A stretch of DNA of 35,465 nucleotides, from IMG/VR virus record IMGVR_UViG_3300023065_000102, positions 1 through 35,465 of that record; one strand, written 5' to 3'. The notes under the pieces are model-generated. The model ran no database searches and was not told the origin of the DNA. It saw only the letters and a list, made by a program, of their open reading frames with translations. This DNA comes from an uncultured virus (IMG/VR IMGVR_UViG_3300023065_000102). Numbering within the stretch: position 1 is the first letter of the stretch; each line of letters opens with the position of its first letter. The position numbers were made by a program, and so were the translations under genes. Shown here piece by piece: positions 8,681-18,119 of the stretch.

Positions 8681-9500
8681 AACTCACAAACTCCAGGTTA
8701 AAACCCTGTTTACGGGGGATGCCGCCTGACAGCAGGTGGCTTTGTTGCTCTTCAATACTGACCAGGCACCAATTGCCCAGCACCTCGCCGTAGCCCGTGA
8801 CCAGGTTCAGCGGCTGCAGGTTACGGCCAATGGTGCGCAGCACGTTCAGCTGCTGCAGGCCGCCCTTGTGATGGGGGAAAATCGCGCCCTTGAGCGTGAT
8901 CTTTTCCTCACCCAAACCCACAGCCTGCTGCGCCACAGTGCGGCGAAGGCGTTCCTGACCAGCCCAGCGAAACGACGCCTGCCGGCGCAGTTCGTCAAAC
9001 GCAGCCGTATCGAGGTTGAAGTAATACGGCTGCTTCTTGGGGTCATGCGGCTGGATAATCAGCAGATGCGGGAACGGCGCGACGGCCTCAGGTTGCGGCG
9101 TTGTCGTGCCCAGCAGACCGCCGGTGGGCACGATGTTGGACAGCGAAGGGCTGACCAAACCCGCCACCCGGCCGGCCTCGGCCGAGACCTTGTCCGCCAT
9201 CCGCTTGAACGTGCCTAGTCGCTCCTGCACCTGGGTGGCCCCGTTAACGACACGGCTATAGGTCGCGGCCACCTGCCCCACACGGGACTGCGCCACGTTG
9301 ATACTGCGCACGATCCGGCCGAGCTTGGCGCCGACCTCGGGCGGCACGAACGGAATACTGTCCAGTTCCGCCGCAGCGCCCGTGATGCTGCCGATAGCGC
9401 CATTAAGGGGTGACAGCATGCCATCCATACTCTTGCGTCCAGCCTCCCCTGCCGCAACCAGTCCCGTCAGAGATGATTCCAGCAGCTGCATGTAGGCCAT
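8655..9500 (-). CDS. P2 gpU-like tail protein
   Basis: ELRRQASFRWAGQERL, ITLKGAIFP, LVTGYGEVLGNW; start MAYMQ at 9500 after AGGAGG. Confidence 0.88.
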   Translation of the reverse strand: MAYMQLLESSLTGLVAAGEAGRKSMDGMLSPLNGAIGSITGAAAELDSIPFVPPEVGAKLGRIVRSINVAQSRVGQVAATYSRVVNGATQVQERLGTFKRMADKVSAEAGRVAGLVSPSLSNIVPTGGLLGTTTPQPEAVAPFPHLLIIQPHDPKKQPYYFNLDTAAFDELRRQASFRWAGQERLRRTVAQQAVGLGEEKITLKGAIFPHHKGGLQQLNVLRTIGRNLQPLNLVTGYGEVLGNWCLVSIEEQQSHLLSGGIPRKQGFNLEFVSYGNDMQNV

Positions 9501-9510
9501 AAGGCCCTCC

Positions 9511-12500
9511 TTAGACGTGTGGTTGATCGAATAGCTGAGTCGAGGACATCCGCGCCGATACTTCACGCTGCCAAGCCTCAAACAGCTGCCGCAGGGGCGA
9601 TTCGATTTCACGAACGACCTGCGCCGGGTCCTTCACATCACCCTGCACATCGATCTTGATATTTGGCGAAAAGGAGAACGCCTGGTCCACCTGCGGCGCC
9701 GCTGCAGGCGCAGGCGCGGCTGCCTTGGCTGGCTGTACCAGTTCCGGCATTCGCGGCGCCGGCGGCGTTGCCTTGGCCATCATGTCGCGCACTACATCGC
9801 CAAACCCGGCAGGCAGGGTCGCCAACTGGGGGGCTGTTTGGAGTGGCACTGCCTCGCCAGCTGGCTTGGGCTCGCTACGATCGACAACTACTGGCGCCGG
9901 TGCCGACTTTGCCGGAACCTCGCGCAGCGTCTCACCCAGCTTGATCGGCGGCGTTTCCGGCGCCGGTTGCGGATGAGCTTGCGGCGGCACCAAGCCTGCG
10001 CCAGGGAAACGCACCTTGCTGGCCGTCAGCGCCGGCAGCAGGTATGGGTCCCTGGACTCAGGATCGAGCGGGTCATAGGACACCGGCGGTTCTACCGGCG
10101 CCGGCGTGGCCACCGTGCGCACCGTGTCGCCAAGCTTCGCCGGTGCGGCCGGTAGAGGCCGCGCTGGCTCAGGCTCGGGTTCTGACTCTGGCTCGGGCAC
10201 CGGTTCTGGTTGAATCGGCGGCCGCACCAGGGGCGCACCTGGGAAACGCACCTTGTTGGCGGACAGCGCCGGCAGCAGGTACGGGTCCTTGGACTCAGGA
10301 TCGAGCGGGTCATAGGACACCGGCGGTTCTACTGGCACCGCCGTGGCAACCGCGCGCACCGTGTCGCCAAGCTTCGCCGGTGTCGCCGGCAGGGGCGGCA
10401 CTGGCTCAGGCTCAGGCTCAGGTTCGGGCACCGGTTCAGATTGAATCGACGGCCGCACCAGAGGCGCACGCGGGAAACGTACCTTGTTGGCCGTCAGCGC
10501 CGGCAGCAGGTACGGGTCATTGGAGTCAGCATCAAGCGGGTCATTGGACACCGACGGCTCTAACGGCGCTGGCGTGGCCACCGCACGCACCGTGTCGCCC
10601 AACCTCGCAGGTGCCGGCGCTGGGAGCGGTACTGGCTCAGGCTCGGGTAACGGATCTGGCTCGAGCACAGGCTCAGGTTGAGCCGGCGGACGCACCAGCG
10701 GTGCACCTGGGAAACGCACCTTATTGGCCGTCAGCGCCGGCAGCAGATACGGGTCCTTGGACTCTGGGACGAGCGGGTCATAGGGCACCGGCGCCGGCGT
10801 GGCCACTGTGCGCCCCGTGTCGCCCAGTTTTGCCGGCGATGTCGGTAGCGGCTTGACGACTGGCTCGCGATTGTCGACCACCGCAGGCTCAGACATTTGG
10901 ACTGCAGGCGTCGCCACCGGCACCAACTTGGTGGCCTTGACCAGGTCACGCATCGCATCGCCTAAGGCCGGCGCGGGCAATGCCGGCACAGGCTCGCGGC
11001 TAACATCCACTAAGGGCAAAGGCACCTGGACTGCGGGGGCAGGTACCGGCTTGGTGGCATCGACCAGGCCACGCATCAGCGCACCTAGAGCCGGCGCCGG
11101 TGATGCCGGCACAGGCTTGGTAACAGGCTCGCGGTTATCAACCACCACGGGCTTAGGCACCTGGACTGCAGGCACCATGACCGGCTTTTCCACTTTCGGG
11201 GAAGGTACCGGCTTGGTGGCCTCGACCAGGTCACGCACTGCCTCACCCAAAACCGGCGCCGGCGATACAGGCACAGGCTCGGCAACAGGCCTGCGATTAT
11301 CAACCACCACGGGCTTAGGCACCTGGACTGCAGGCGCCACGTCCGGATTTTCCACTTTCGGGGAAGGAACCGGCTTGGTGGCCTCGACCAGGTCACGCAC
11401 TGCCTCACCCAAAGCCGGTGCCGGCGATGCCGGCACAGGCTTGGCAACAGGCCCGCGATTATCAACCACCACGGGCTTAGGCATCTGGACTGCAAGCGCC
11501 ACGTCCGGCTTGTCCACTTTCGGTGAAGGCACCGGCTTGGTGGCCTCGACCAGGTCACGCACCGCCTCACCCAAAGCCGGCTTGGCAACAGGCCCGCGAT
11601 TATCAACCACGACGGGCTTAGGCACCTGGACTGCAGGCGCCACGACCGGCTTGTCCACCTTCGGTGAAGGCACCGGCTTGGTGGTCTCGACCAAATCACG
11701 TACCGCCTCACCCAATTCCGGCACGGGCGATACGGGAACAGACTTGACGACAGGCTCGCGACGATCGACAAGCACTGGAGGCTGCTGTGCCGGTTCTGAC
11801 GCCACCGGGAGCGGCACCGATGGCTCACCCTTGCCCTCCACGCGCTCCTGCGCAGGTTGCAGCGTGGCGCTTAACGCTTCTCTCGGTGCCGTTGGGTTTT
11901 CCGACTCGGCCTTGGTTTCGGGTGACTCATCACCGAACCAACGCTTGCCCAACCAACCGCCCAGCGATTGACCACCCAGGCCACCTAATACGGCCCCTAC
12001 AGCCCCCCCAACAGCAGTACCGATGACGGGCACTACGGAACCAATAGCAGCGCCGGCCGCAGCACCGGCTAAGGTACCTGCAAGACTGCCTGCAGCGCCA
12101 CCGTACCCCTCAGCCTTCTCATCCTGAGATTTGGCATTGATTGCCACATCGATCGCGGCCGCACCGGCATCGACAACGTTGCCACCAGGGAGCCGCTTGG
12201 CGAGTCGAGTAATCCCTCGCACCGAGCGCGCCACTTTGCCGAGCTCATCCCCGACGGTCGGGGCCGAAGGAGCTGCGAGCAGACGTTGCGGCCTGACCAT
12301 AGCAGCCTGGGGCGCCTCGACTTTCGCAACGGGCCGGGCCGTAGTGCCCTGTTTCGCCGCACGTCTACGCTCCCGGCGGCGACTTCTACGACTGCCTCCG
12401 CTAGGCGGCGCTGCCGGGGAACTATTTGCAACACGACTGCCGATCCCTCCGATGGCATCGGCGTTAACCACAAATACACGCTGCGTGTCGCCGCCGCCCG

Positions 12501-14253
12501 TTACCGGGTCATTGGCCGATGCCGGCTCACTCGCACGGGAAGAAAACACCTTGCCTAGCAGGCCAAGCCCGGTGTCGACCACCTTGCTGCCCGTCTTGGG
12601 CAGCTCAATGGGCGCACGATCGCTGCGCCCCACTCGACCGGCCAGCCCCTCCAGGCCTCGACCGCGTGCGATGTTGAACACGCCTCGACCGATTTTCACC
12701 GCGCTAGATGCGGTCATGAACGCCAGGACCGCTGCCGTAACGCCTCCAACGCCGAGGACAAGCGATGGGAAGCTTTCCGACAATGAGGTGATGCCACGAG
12801 CAACCGACGTCAGCCCCTTAGCGGCTAGGTCGGTGGCCGGGCGGATGGCATCGCCAATGCTGCGCATGGCGTCGTCAGCCGCCTGGACCGTCTCAGCCCA
12901 CTGCTGCGCTGAGGTTTCGCGGCGCTCAGCCAGGTTCTTGTCGAGGATGCCCGAAGCCTTCTTGGAGTCGGCTTTCAACTCCTCGTACAAACCCCGGTTT
13001 TGCCCATAGGCAGTGAGAGCCGCCTTGACCTGCATGTCAGCGAAGATATCGCCGGTGCGCAGGGTCTTCTCCAGGGCCTCCAGCGCTGCCTTGGCTTTCT
13101 CCGGGTCGACTTCCTTGTCGATCTTAGCCTGGGCATCCTTGATCTTTTTGGCCTTCGCCGGGTCGGTCGCCTCGACGTATTTCATAGCCAAGGCCATGGA
13201 CGCCTCAATGACGTTCATGCCCTTCTGCAGACCAGTGTTCAGCGAGGCCTGATAATCAATGCCTACATCGCTGTAGGCTTTTTTGATATCGCCAGCGCCG
13301 ATCTTCTCCATCCAGTTCTTGAAGTTATTCGCCGCCTCGTCCGAACTACCGGCGGTCTTCATCTGGACCTGCAGCATGGAGCCCAGCGAGGTCACCGCAT
13401 CCAGGCCGGTGATACCGTTTTTCTCCATGCCGGCCAGCAGTTGCGGGAACCACTTGGCCATGTCGCTGGCTTCGAAGCTGCCCGCCTGGCCTTGGTAGGC
13501 AATCGCCTCCAGTGCCTGTTGCATGACCTTCGGATCACTGATCTTGGCGTTTTGCTCCAGCGCCTGGATCATTGATGCCGTATCGACACCCGAGGCACCC
13601 TGGCCAATGGCGAACTTGGCCGCCACCGGCGCATACGACAGCGCCTTGTCCAGTTCCATGCCGGCACCGACCAGCTGGTTGACCAGGTCGGCCACGTCAT
13701 TGCGCGCCATGCCGGTGTCTTTGGACGTGTCGATCACCGTCCGGTTAAGCTGCTGTTCCTGCGGCTTATTGACGATATCGGCCTTGATCGCAATGTCACG
13801 AATGATCGCCTGATAGTTCGCACTGATCATCGTCGGCACAGCGGCGGCGCCGGTAGCCACTACAGCCTTGCCGATGTTCGACTTGAGCGATTCCTTGCCT
13901 GCCTGCAACTGCTGGTGACCCTTTAGCTGCAGGTCAGCCGCCCTGGCCTCTCGGCCTAGACGCTGATACTCCCGACTGAGGCGGCCGACCTCGACGCCCT
14001 GCTTGCGCAAGGCATCCAGATTACTGTCCAGCTTGCGTAGCAGCTTGTCAGCACCGGCGGTGCCACTGTCATGCGCGCGCTTCCATTCCTCGCGCAGCTT
14101 GATGGTTTCGCCAATGGTACTTTTCAGCACCTTGGCTTTGTTGCCCTTGGCCTCCAGCTTCTCGATGCCGCTTTCGACCGTTTTGAATGCGGCGCCGACC
14201 GATGAGGCGACGGCGCCCCCGATCACCAGCGATAGCGCTAGCCTGCTTGCCAT
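9511..14253 (-). CDS. Tail tape measure protein with expanded Pro-rich repeat region (1580 aa)
   Basis: Position between chaperone and gpU; Ala/Gly-rich helical N-half (GQAGSFEASDMAKWFPQL), GAAIGSVVPVIGTAVGG segment. Confidence 0.92.
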   Translation of the reverse strand: MASRLALSLVIGGAVASSVGAAFKTVESGIEKLEAKGNKAKVLKSTIGETIKLREEWKRAHDSGTAGADKLLRKLDSNLDALRKQGVEVGRLSREYQRLGREARAADLQLKGHQQLQAGKESLKSNIGKAVVATGAAAVPTMISANYQAIIRDIAIKADIVNKPQEQQLNRTVIDTSKDTGMARNDVADLVNQLVGAGMELDKALSYAPVAAKFAIGQGASGVDTASMIQALEQNAKISDPKVMQQALEAIAYQGQAGSFEASDMAKWFPQLLAGMEKNGITGLDAVTSLGSMLQVQMKTAGSSDEAANNFKNWMEKIGAGDIKKAYSDVGIDYQASLNTGLQKGMNVIEASMALAMKYVEATDPAKAKKIKDAQAKIDKEVDPEKAKAALEALEKTLRTGDIFADMQVKAALTAYGQNRGLYEELKADSKKASGILDKNLAERRETSAQQWAETVQAADDAMRSIGDAIRPATDLAAKGLTSVARGITSLSESFPSLVLGVGGVTAAVLAFMTASSAVKIGRGVFNIARGRGLEGLAGRVGRSDRAPIELPKTGSKVVDTGLGLLGKVFSSRASEPASANDPVTGGGDTQRVFVVNADAIGGIGSRVANSSPAAPPSGGSRRSRRRERRRAAKQGTTARPVAKVEAPQAAMVRPQRLLAAPSAPTVGDELGKVARSVRGITRLAKRLPGGNVVDAGAAAIDVAINAKSQDEKAEGYGGAAGSLAGTLAGAAAGAAIGSVVPVIGTAVGGAVGAVLGGLGGQSLGGWLGKRWFGDESPETKAESENPTAPREALSATLQPAQERVEGKGEPSVPLPVASEPAQQPPVLVDRREPVVKSVPVSPVPELGEAVRDLVETTKPVPSPKVDKPVVAPAVQVPKPVVVDNRGPVAKPALGEAVRDLVEATKPVPSPKVDKPDVALAVQMPKPVVVDNRGPVAKPVPASPAPALGEAVRDLVEATKPVPSPKVENPDVAPAVQVPKPVVVDNRRPVAEPVPVSPAPVLGEAVRDLVEATKPVPSPKVEKPVMVPAVQVPKPVVVDNREPVTKPVPASPAPALGALMRGLVDATKPVPAPAVQVPLPLVDVSREPVPALPAPALGDAMRDLVKATKLVPVATPAVQMSEPAVVDNREPVVKPLPTSPAKLGDTGRTVATPAPVPYDPLVPESKDPYLLPALTANKVRFPGAPLVRPPAQPEPVLEPDPLPEPEPVPLPAPAPARLGDTVRAVATPAPLEPSVSNDPLDADSNDPYLLPALTANKVRFPRAPLVRPSIQSEPVPEPEPEPEPVPPLPATPAKLGDTVRAVATAVPVEPPVSYDPLDPESKDPYLLPALSANKVRFPGAPLVRPPIQPEPVPEPESEPEPEPARPLPAAPAKLGDTVRTVATPAPVEPPVSYDPLDPESRDPYLLPALTASKVRFPGAGLVPPQAHPQPAPETPPIKLGETLREVPAKSAPAPVVVDRSEPKPAGEAVPLQTAPQLATLPAGFGDVVRDMMAKATPPAPRMPELVQPAKAAAPAPAAAPQVDQAFSFSPNIKIDVQGDVKDPAQVVREIESPLRQLFEAWQREVSARMSSTQLFDQPHV
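9940..10830 (-). repeat. Four 231-237-bp in-frame tandem repeats (YDPLDPESKDPYLLPALTANKVRFPGAPLVRPP core)
   Basis: Anchor GGC(C/G)G(T/A)CAGCGCCGGCAGCAG recurs at 10021, 10258, 10489, 10726. Confidence 0.95.
10840..11780 (-). repeat. About six in-frame tandem repeats, mostly 162 bp (LGEAVRDLVEATKPVPSPKV...PAVQVPKPVVVDNR)
   Basis: Unit anchor recurs at 10925, 11048, 11210, 11372, 11534, 11675. Confidence 0.95.
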
Positions 14254-14273
14254 CGGTGCCTCCTATTGCGAGC

Positions 14274-14390
14274 TCAATCTGTGAGCCACCAGACCATGTC
14301 CGCATAGGACATGGTCATGATTTCCTCAGGCGAGAAATTCAGTTCAGCAGCAAGCCGTTTGGCGGCTTGCTTCTGCACGGCAGGATCAAA
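14274..14390 (-). CDS. gpE'-like frameshift extension of tail assembly chaperone
   Basis: FDPAVQKQAAKRLAAELNFSPEEIMTMSYADMVWWLTD* in the +1 frame relative to gpE; resembles the P2 GpE' family. Confidence 0.7.
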   Translation of the reverse strand, partial: FDPAVQKQAAKRLAAELNFSPEEIMTMSYADMVWWLTD

Positions 14391-14682
14391 ACTCGTCGTC
14401 TCGCACCAGAAAGGTGTAACCCGTCGCTACCCGGTTGTAATCCTTGTACGCCAGGCCTTCCAGGTCCCTGACGCCAACCTCGGCCAGCGAGGCGAACAGG
14501 TTCAGCTCGCGCTGCTCGTCGTCGCCGTCCGCAGTCCGGGTCGAGTTGCGGATATCGCGCACGGTTGGAGCACGCAGGGTGATGTTGTCGCATTTGATGC
14601 CGTTCAGCTCGACCGGCTTGGACAAGGCAATGGTGACGCTTTCAGCGGTCAGGGTAATGAACTTCGGCAGCGGCTTGCTCAT
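14386..14682 (-). CDS. Tail assembly chaperone (P2 gpE / Mu gp41-like)
   Basis: ITLRAPTVRD, LFASLAEV, DYNRV; between tube and tape measure. Confidence 0.9.
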   Translation of the reverse strand: MSKPLPKFITLTAESVTIALSKPVELNGIKCDNITLRAPTVRDIRNSTRTADGDDEQRELNLFASLAEVGVRDLEGLAYKDYNRVATGYTFLVRDDEF

Positions 14683-14727
14683 GGTTTTGTATCCTTGATT
14701 TGGAAGATTGAGTGGAGTGATTAGGAA

Positions 14728-15240
14728 TCAAGACAGGCCAAGGTCGCGGCGCTGGCTAGCCAGCTGGTCGACGCCGTTGATCACACGGGTCATGCCAACC
14801 GGGTCGATCTCGTAAATGACCTCGCCGCCGACTTCGAGCTTGTAGTAGGTCACGGCAATGGCGTGCTTGAGTTCGGCCTTGTCGCCGGCCTTCCAGTCAC
14901 CCATGTCGATCTCTTTGAGCGTGCCGCGCAAGGTAACGATGACCGGCTTGGTTTCACCCTTCTGGATCTTGTAGGTGCCACGGAACACACCGTTGAAAGC
15001 ATTACCGTCGGCCAGGCCGAAAAACTTCAGCGATTCCTTGCGCTGGCCGGTGGTGGTGAAGTTGGCTTCCATCTTCTCCATGCCCATGTCCAGCTCGATG
15101 GGGATATCCATCCCGCCGGCACGGTGCTCCTCGGTCTTGAGCGTGAGCTTGGGCAGGGTCAGGTTGGGGACGTCGCCGTTAAAGCTGATGCCATCCACGA
15201 ACAGGTTCAGGTTGGCCAGTGTTTCGGGAATCATTGCCAT
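14728..15240 (-). other. Major tail tube protein (P2 FII-like)
   Basis: LTLPKLTLKTEEHRAGGMD, EIDMGDWKAG, INGVDQLA. Confidence 0.95.
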
Positions 15241-15252
15241 GTGATGCGCTCC

Positions 15253-16422
15253 TTAGGCGGCTTGGTCGAGGACTTCGGTCAACCACTGGTTGGTGATTTC
15301 GACGCGGAAATTGGGGTTTTCAGCCGGCGGAACGTCGGTAAAGCGGATGTTCCAATACACCTTGCCCTGCTCCAGCGCGCTGACTGTGTTGAGGGCCTGG
15401 TCGGCGTAGACTTCAAAGTTGATGATTGCGCCCTGGGCTTTCAGGTCGCGCATGAAGGACTGCAGGCCCTCGGTTACGTCGCGGACGTAGGTCGAGGTGA
15501 TCGCGCGGTCAACCGCCCACTTGTGGCCGTACAGAATCGCGTCCATGACCATGTCCATGGTCCGCACGCGAGTGACAAACGCCCACTTGGTATCGCTCGA
15601 CAGCGTGCGGTTGCCCCACAGGCGGAAACCGTCGTCGCGGATGATGGTCGCGATATTGGCGTTGTTGAGCAGATTGGCCCGGCAGGTCTCGTCGCCGTCC
15701 AGGTACTCGATGGCGCGGCCGGTACCGGTGATGCCGACGAACTCCTTGTTCGATGGCGAGGCCCAGAAACCGTATTCGCTGTCGGTGTAGGCAAACACGC
15801 CAGCGGCCCAGGCCGACGCCGGTGCATCGACAGTCGCATTGGCCGTGCTGTCCCACTGCTGCACACCCGGATCGACCATGTACAGACGCTTGGAGCCGAA
15901 CAGCTTGGCATAGGTAGTAGCCGCCTCGTCGGTGGTACCAGGCCCGTCGATGATGGCGATAGCACGCAGCTTGGCCGCAATCGAATCCATGGCAGTGGCC
16001 ACCGCCTGGGTCGCGCTGTGCTTGGGCGCCACGATGATGCGCGGCTGGGCGTTGAAACGGCTCTTGCCGTCGAGCAGCGCCTGCAGCCCGGTACGCCTGC
16101 CATTGGCCTGCACTCCACCAATGATCGCCGAGGTCTGTGCTGCAGCGTCGGCGCCCTTGGCCACACCGGTGGCGACAATGACCGCCTTGGAGCGAGCATA
16201 GATAGCCTGGCAGGCCTTGGTGATAGCAGCCGTTGCGCCAAAGGCGGCAATCGCCTCGTTCTCGCTGGTGATCAACACCACGTCACCGACCTTGGCCGAC
16301 ACGTTCGCGCCCTCGGTAAAGGTGTCCACCAAGCCAATGATCGAGGACGACGGCAGCGAGAGATTGCGCGCGCCGGCGTCGATGTTCGTTACGGTAACGC
16401 CGTGAAAGAAGTTTGCAGCCAT
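15253..16422 (-). CDS. Contractile tail sheath protein (P2 FI-like)
   Basis: FFHGVTV, GFWASPSNK, GFRLWGNRT, FTDVPPAEN. Confidence 0.96.
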   Translation of the reverse strand: MAANFFHGVTVTNIDAGARNLSLPSSSIIGLVDTFTEGANVSAKVGDVVLITSENEAIAAFGATAAITKACQAIYARSKAVIVATGVAKGADAAAQTSAIIGGVQANGRRTGLQALLDGKSRFNAQPRIIVAPKHSATQAVATAMDSIAAKLRAIAIIDGPGTTDEAATTYAKLFGSKRLYMVDPGVQQWDSTANATVDAPASAWAAGVFAYTDSEYGFWASPSNKEFVGITGTGRAIEYLDGDETCRANLLNNANIATIIRDDGFRLWGNRTLSSDTKWAFVTRVRTMDMVMDAILYGHKWAVDRAITSTYVRDVTEGLQSFMRDLKAQGAIINFEVYADQALNTVSALEQGKVYWNIRFTDVPPAENPNFRVEITNQWLTEVLDQAA

Positions 16423-16485
16423 TTGAAACTCCAGAATGCACAGGGCCGCGTCATGCGCGGCCCGAGGATGGGAGAAATGAAACCG

Positions 16486-16809
16486 TCAGCGCTGCAGGAT
16501 CTGCAGCACCTGGACCAGCAGCGCCACGATCAGGCAGGCCACCAGGGGATAGAGGAAGTCGAGGCGCCCGTCAGGCGTCCATCGCCAGATACGCAGGCCG
16601 TCGTACCAGCGCAGATTGGCCAGGTGCACCGACTCGGCGTGCGCCAGGTTGCGCTCGCCTTGGGTGTACTCGCGGCCAGCGAAAAAGAAGATGCCGGCAG
16701 CGGCGCCGGCCCAGTGGCCAGCCGGTACGCCCAGCAGGGCCAGGCCGCCCCACAGGACAGCCATGATCAGCAACGCCGCAAGGACATGCTCAAGGTGGGT
16801 TCGGTTCAT
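16486..16809 (-). CDS. Phage membrane protein of unknown function
   Basis: 107 aa, three hydrophobic segments, GREYTQGE motif, GGAGG RBS. Confidence 0.7.
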   Translation of the reverse strand: MNRTHLEHVLAALLIMAVLWGGLALLGVPAGHWAGAAAGIFFFAGREYTQGERNLAHAESVHLANLRWYDGLRIWRWTPDGRLDFLYPLVACLIVALLVQVLQILQR

Positions 16810-16826
16810 ACGTGCCCTCCAGGCAC

Positions 16827-16846
16827 AAAAAAAGCCGCATGGCGGC
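16827..16846 (-). terminator. Rho-independent terminator-like hairpin after tail fibre genes
   Basis: GCCGC-3-GCGGC followed by T7 on the minus strand. Confidence 0.6.
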
Positions 16847-16874
16847 CTTGGGTGGTCAGTGGATTAAGGAGGTG

Positions 16875-17339
16875 TCAGACGGGACCGTCGACGCCGTCAA
16901 TGCTGGCTTGGATGGTGGCAATGGCCTCGTCGACGATGGCTTCCATGGCGACATGGCTAGGCGCCTTGAGCAGGTCCTGCTTGCCCTTGAGGCGTGCGGC
17001 ACGGATCGCGTACAGGGCCAACTGCCAGGCCTGCGCCTTGGCCAGAATGCTCTCGGTGGCGGCCTGGGCGTCGAGGTCGGCGGCATCCATCCAGGCCTGC
17101 ACACTGGGCGGGGCCTCGCCAGTGTAGTTGGCTTGGGCAAATGCCTCGGCCTCCGTGGCGGCGGTCTGGTGCTCCAGGGCGCGCAGGGTATCGCCGGTAA
17201 GAACACGGCGCGCCGCATCCGCAGCCTGGTCGACCTGCTCGCTTGCGGCCACCCGCGCGGCGCCGAGAGGTAAGGCAGCGAAGTCGAAGCCAACATACTG
17301 CTGGCCGTTGTAGATGACGTTGATTTCAGCGGTTTTCAT
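16875..17339 (-). CDS. Tail fibre assembly/chaperone-like protein
   Basis: Follows fibre genes; VDQAADAAR, PPSVQAW, IRAARLKGK. Confidence 0.7.
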   Translation of the reverse strand: MKTAEINVIYNGQQYVGFDFAALPLGAARVAASEQVDQAADAARRVLTGDTLRALEHQTAATEAEAFAQANYTGEAPPSVQAWMDAADLDAQAATESILAKAQAWQLALYAIRAARLKGKQDLLKAPSHVAMEAIVDEAIATIQASIDGVDGPV

Positions 17340-17348
17340 GAGGGGTCC

Positions 17349-18113
17349 TTACAGGGTGGCCAGGTTGGTGAGAATACGGGTTAGCGTCTTGACGTCAGTG
17401 CCGGCGGCGATACCGTCGATATAGCGGCCAGCGAAGTCGCTCGGGAAACTCACGGCGCCGCAGCCCAGGGCAACGCACGACGACGGCGCACTGACGAGGT
17501 AGCCCACGAAGTCGGCGGCCTTCTGCACGGTTACGGCGTTCATCTGAATACCCATCAGCGGCGGCACCGAGAAACTGCCGTAGGTACGCAGGAAGCTGTT
17601 CATGCGGTTAGACACCACGGTCGGGGTAACACCCGCCGGCGATGGCAGGGAAATAGTCAGGCCGCGCAACTCGATGTTGGAGGCTTGCCGCTGCAGCGCG
17701 AAGCCTCCAAGGCGGGTTTCCAGTGGGCTTTGAGGGTTGGCTGAGTCGGACAGCTGCTGGAAGTACTTGGCGCGCAGGACCTCGACGCCAGTCGCGCCGC
17801 TAACCACCACCACCGCGCAGGTGCAGTTGACCTGACGATTCAGGTCGTAGTCCTTGAGCAGGTACATGTTGCACAGCCCCGACGACGGGGTCGCCGCAAT
17901 GGCACGCTCGATGGTCTTGAACGGTGCGGCCAGGGTGCCCGCGTTGGTGTCCAGACCGATCACCGGGTCAACGTACCAGTCGCGGGTGGTTTCAGGGACG
18001 GCGGCGATAGCGGCGTTTACGGCCGACTCAATGCCGGCCTTCTTGGTGTTGAAGTAGTTCAGCAGCGCGCGGGCTTCGGTGGTCAGGTTGGCTACTTCGG
18101 ATTCGAGACTCAT
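17349..18113 (-). CDS. Putative distal tail fibre / receptor-binding protein
   Basis: N-terminal coiled coil MSLESEVANL, WYVDPVIGLDTNAGTLAAPFKTI motif; position in fibre cluster. Confidence 0.65.
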   Translation of the reverse strand: MSLESEVANLTTEARALLNYFNTKKAGIESAVNAAIAAVPETTRDWYVDPVIGLDTNAGTLAAPFKTIERAIAATPSSGLCNMYLLKDYDLNRQVNCTCAVVVVSGATGVEVLRAKYFQQLSDSANPQSPLETRLGGFALQRQASNIELRGLTISLPSPAGVTPTVVSNRMNSFLRTYGSFSVPPLMGIQMNAVTVQKAADFVGYLVSAPSSCVALGCGAVSFPSDFAGRYIDGIAAGTDVKTLTRILTNLATL

Positions 18114-18119
18114 GGGGTT

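Noticed and set aside
9940-11780. Tandem repeats as a CRISPR array or non-coding repeat locus
   Set aside because: Units are 123-237 bp, all in frame within the tape measure ORF, with no repeat-spacer alternation and no cas genes
10799-11971. 390-aa Thr/Gly-rich + strand ORF resembling an adhesin or ice-nucleation repeat protein
   Set aside because: Antisense shadow of the tape measure repeats
14339-14593. -1 frame ORF as the gpE' extension
   Set aside because: Its peptide after the gpE stop is short and unlike GpE'; the GpE'-like peptide is in the +1 frame
14863-17127. 754-aa plus-strand ORF
   Set aside because: Antisense to tube, sheath and fibre-assembly genes; no motifs
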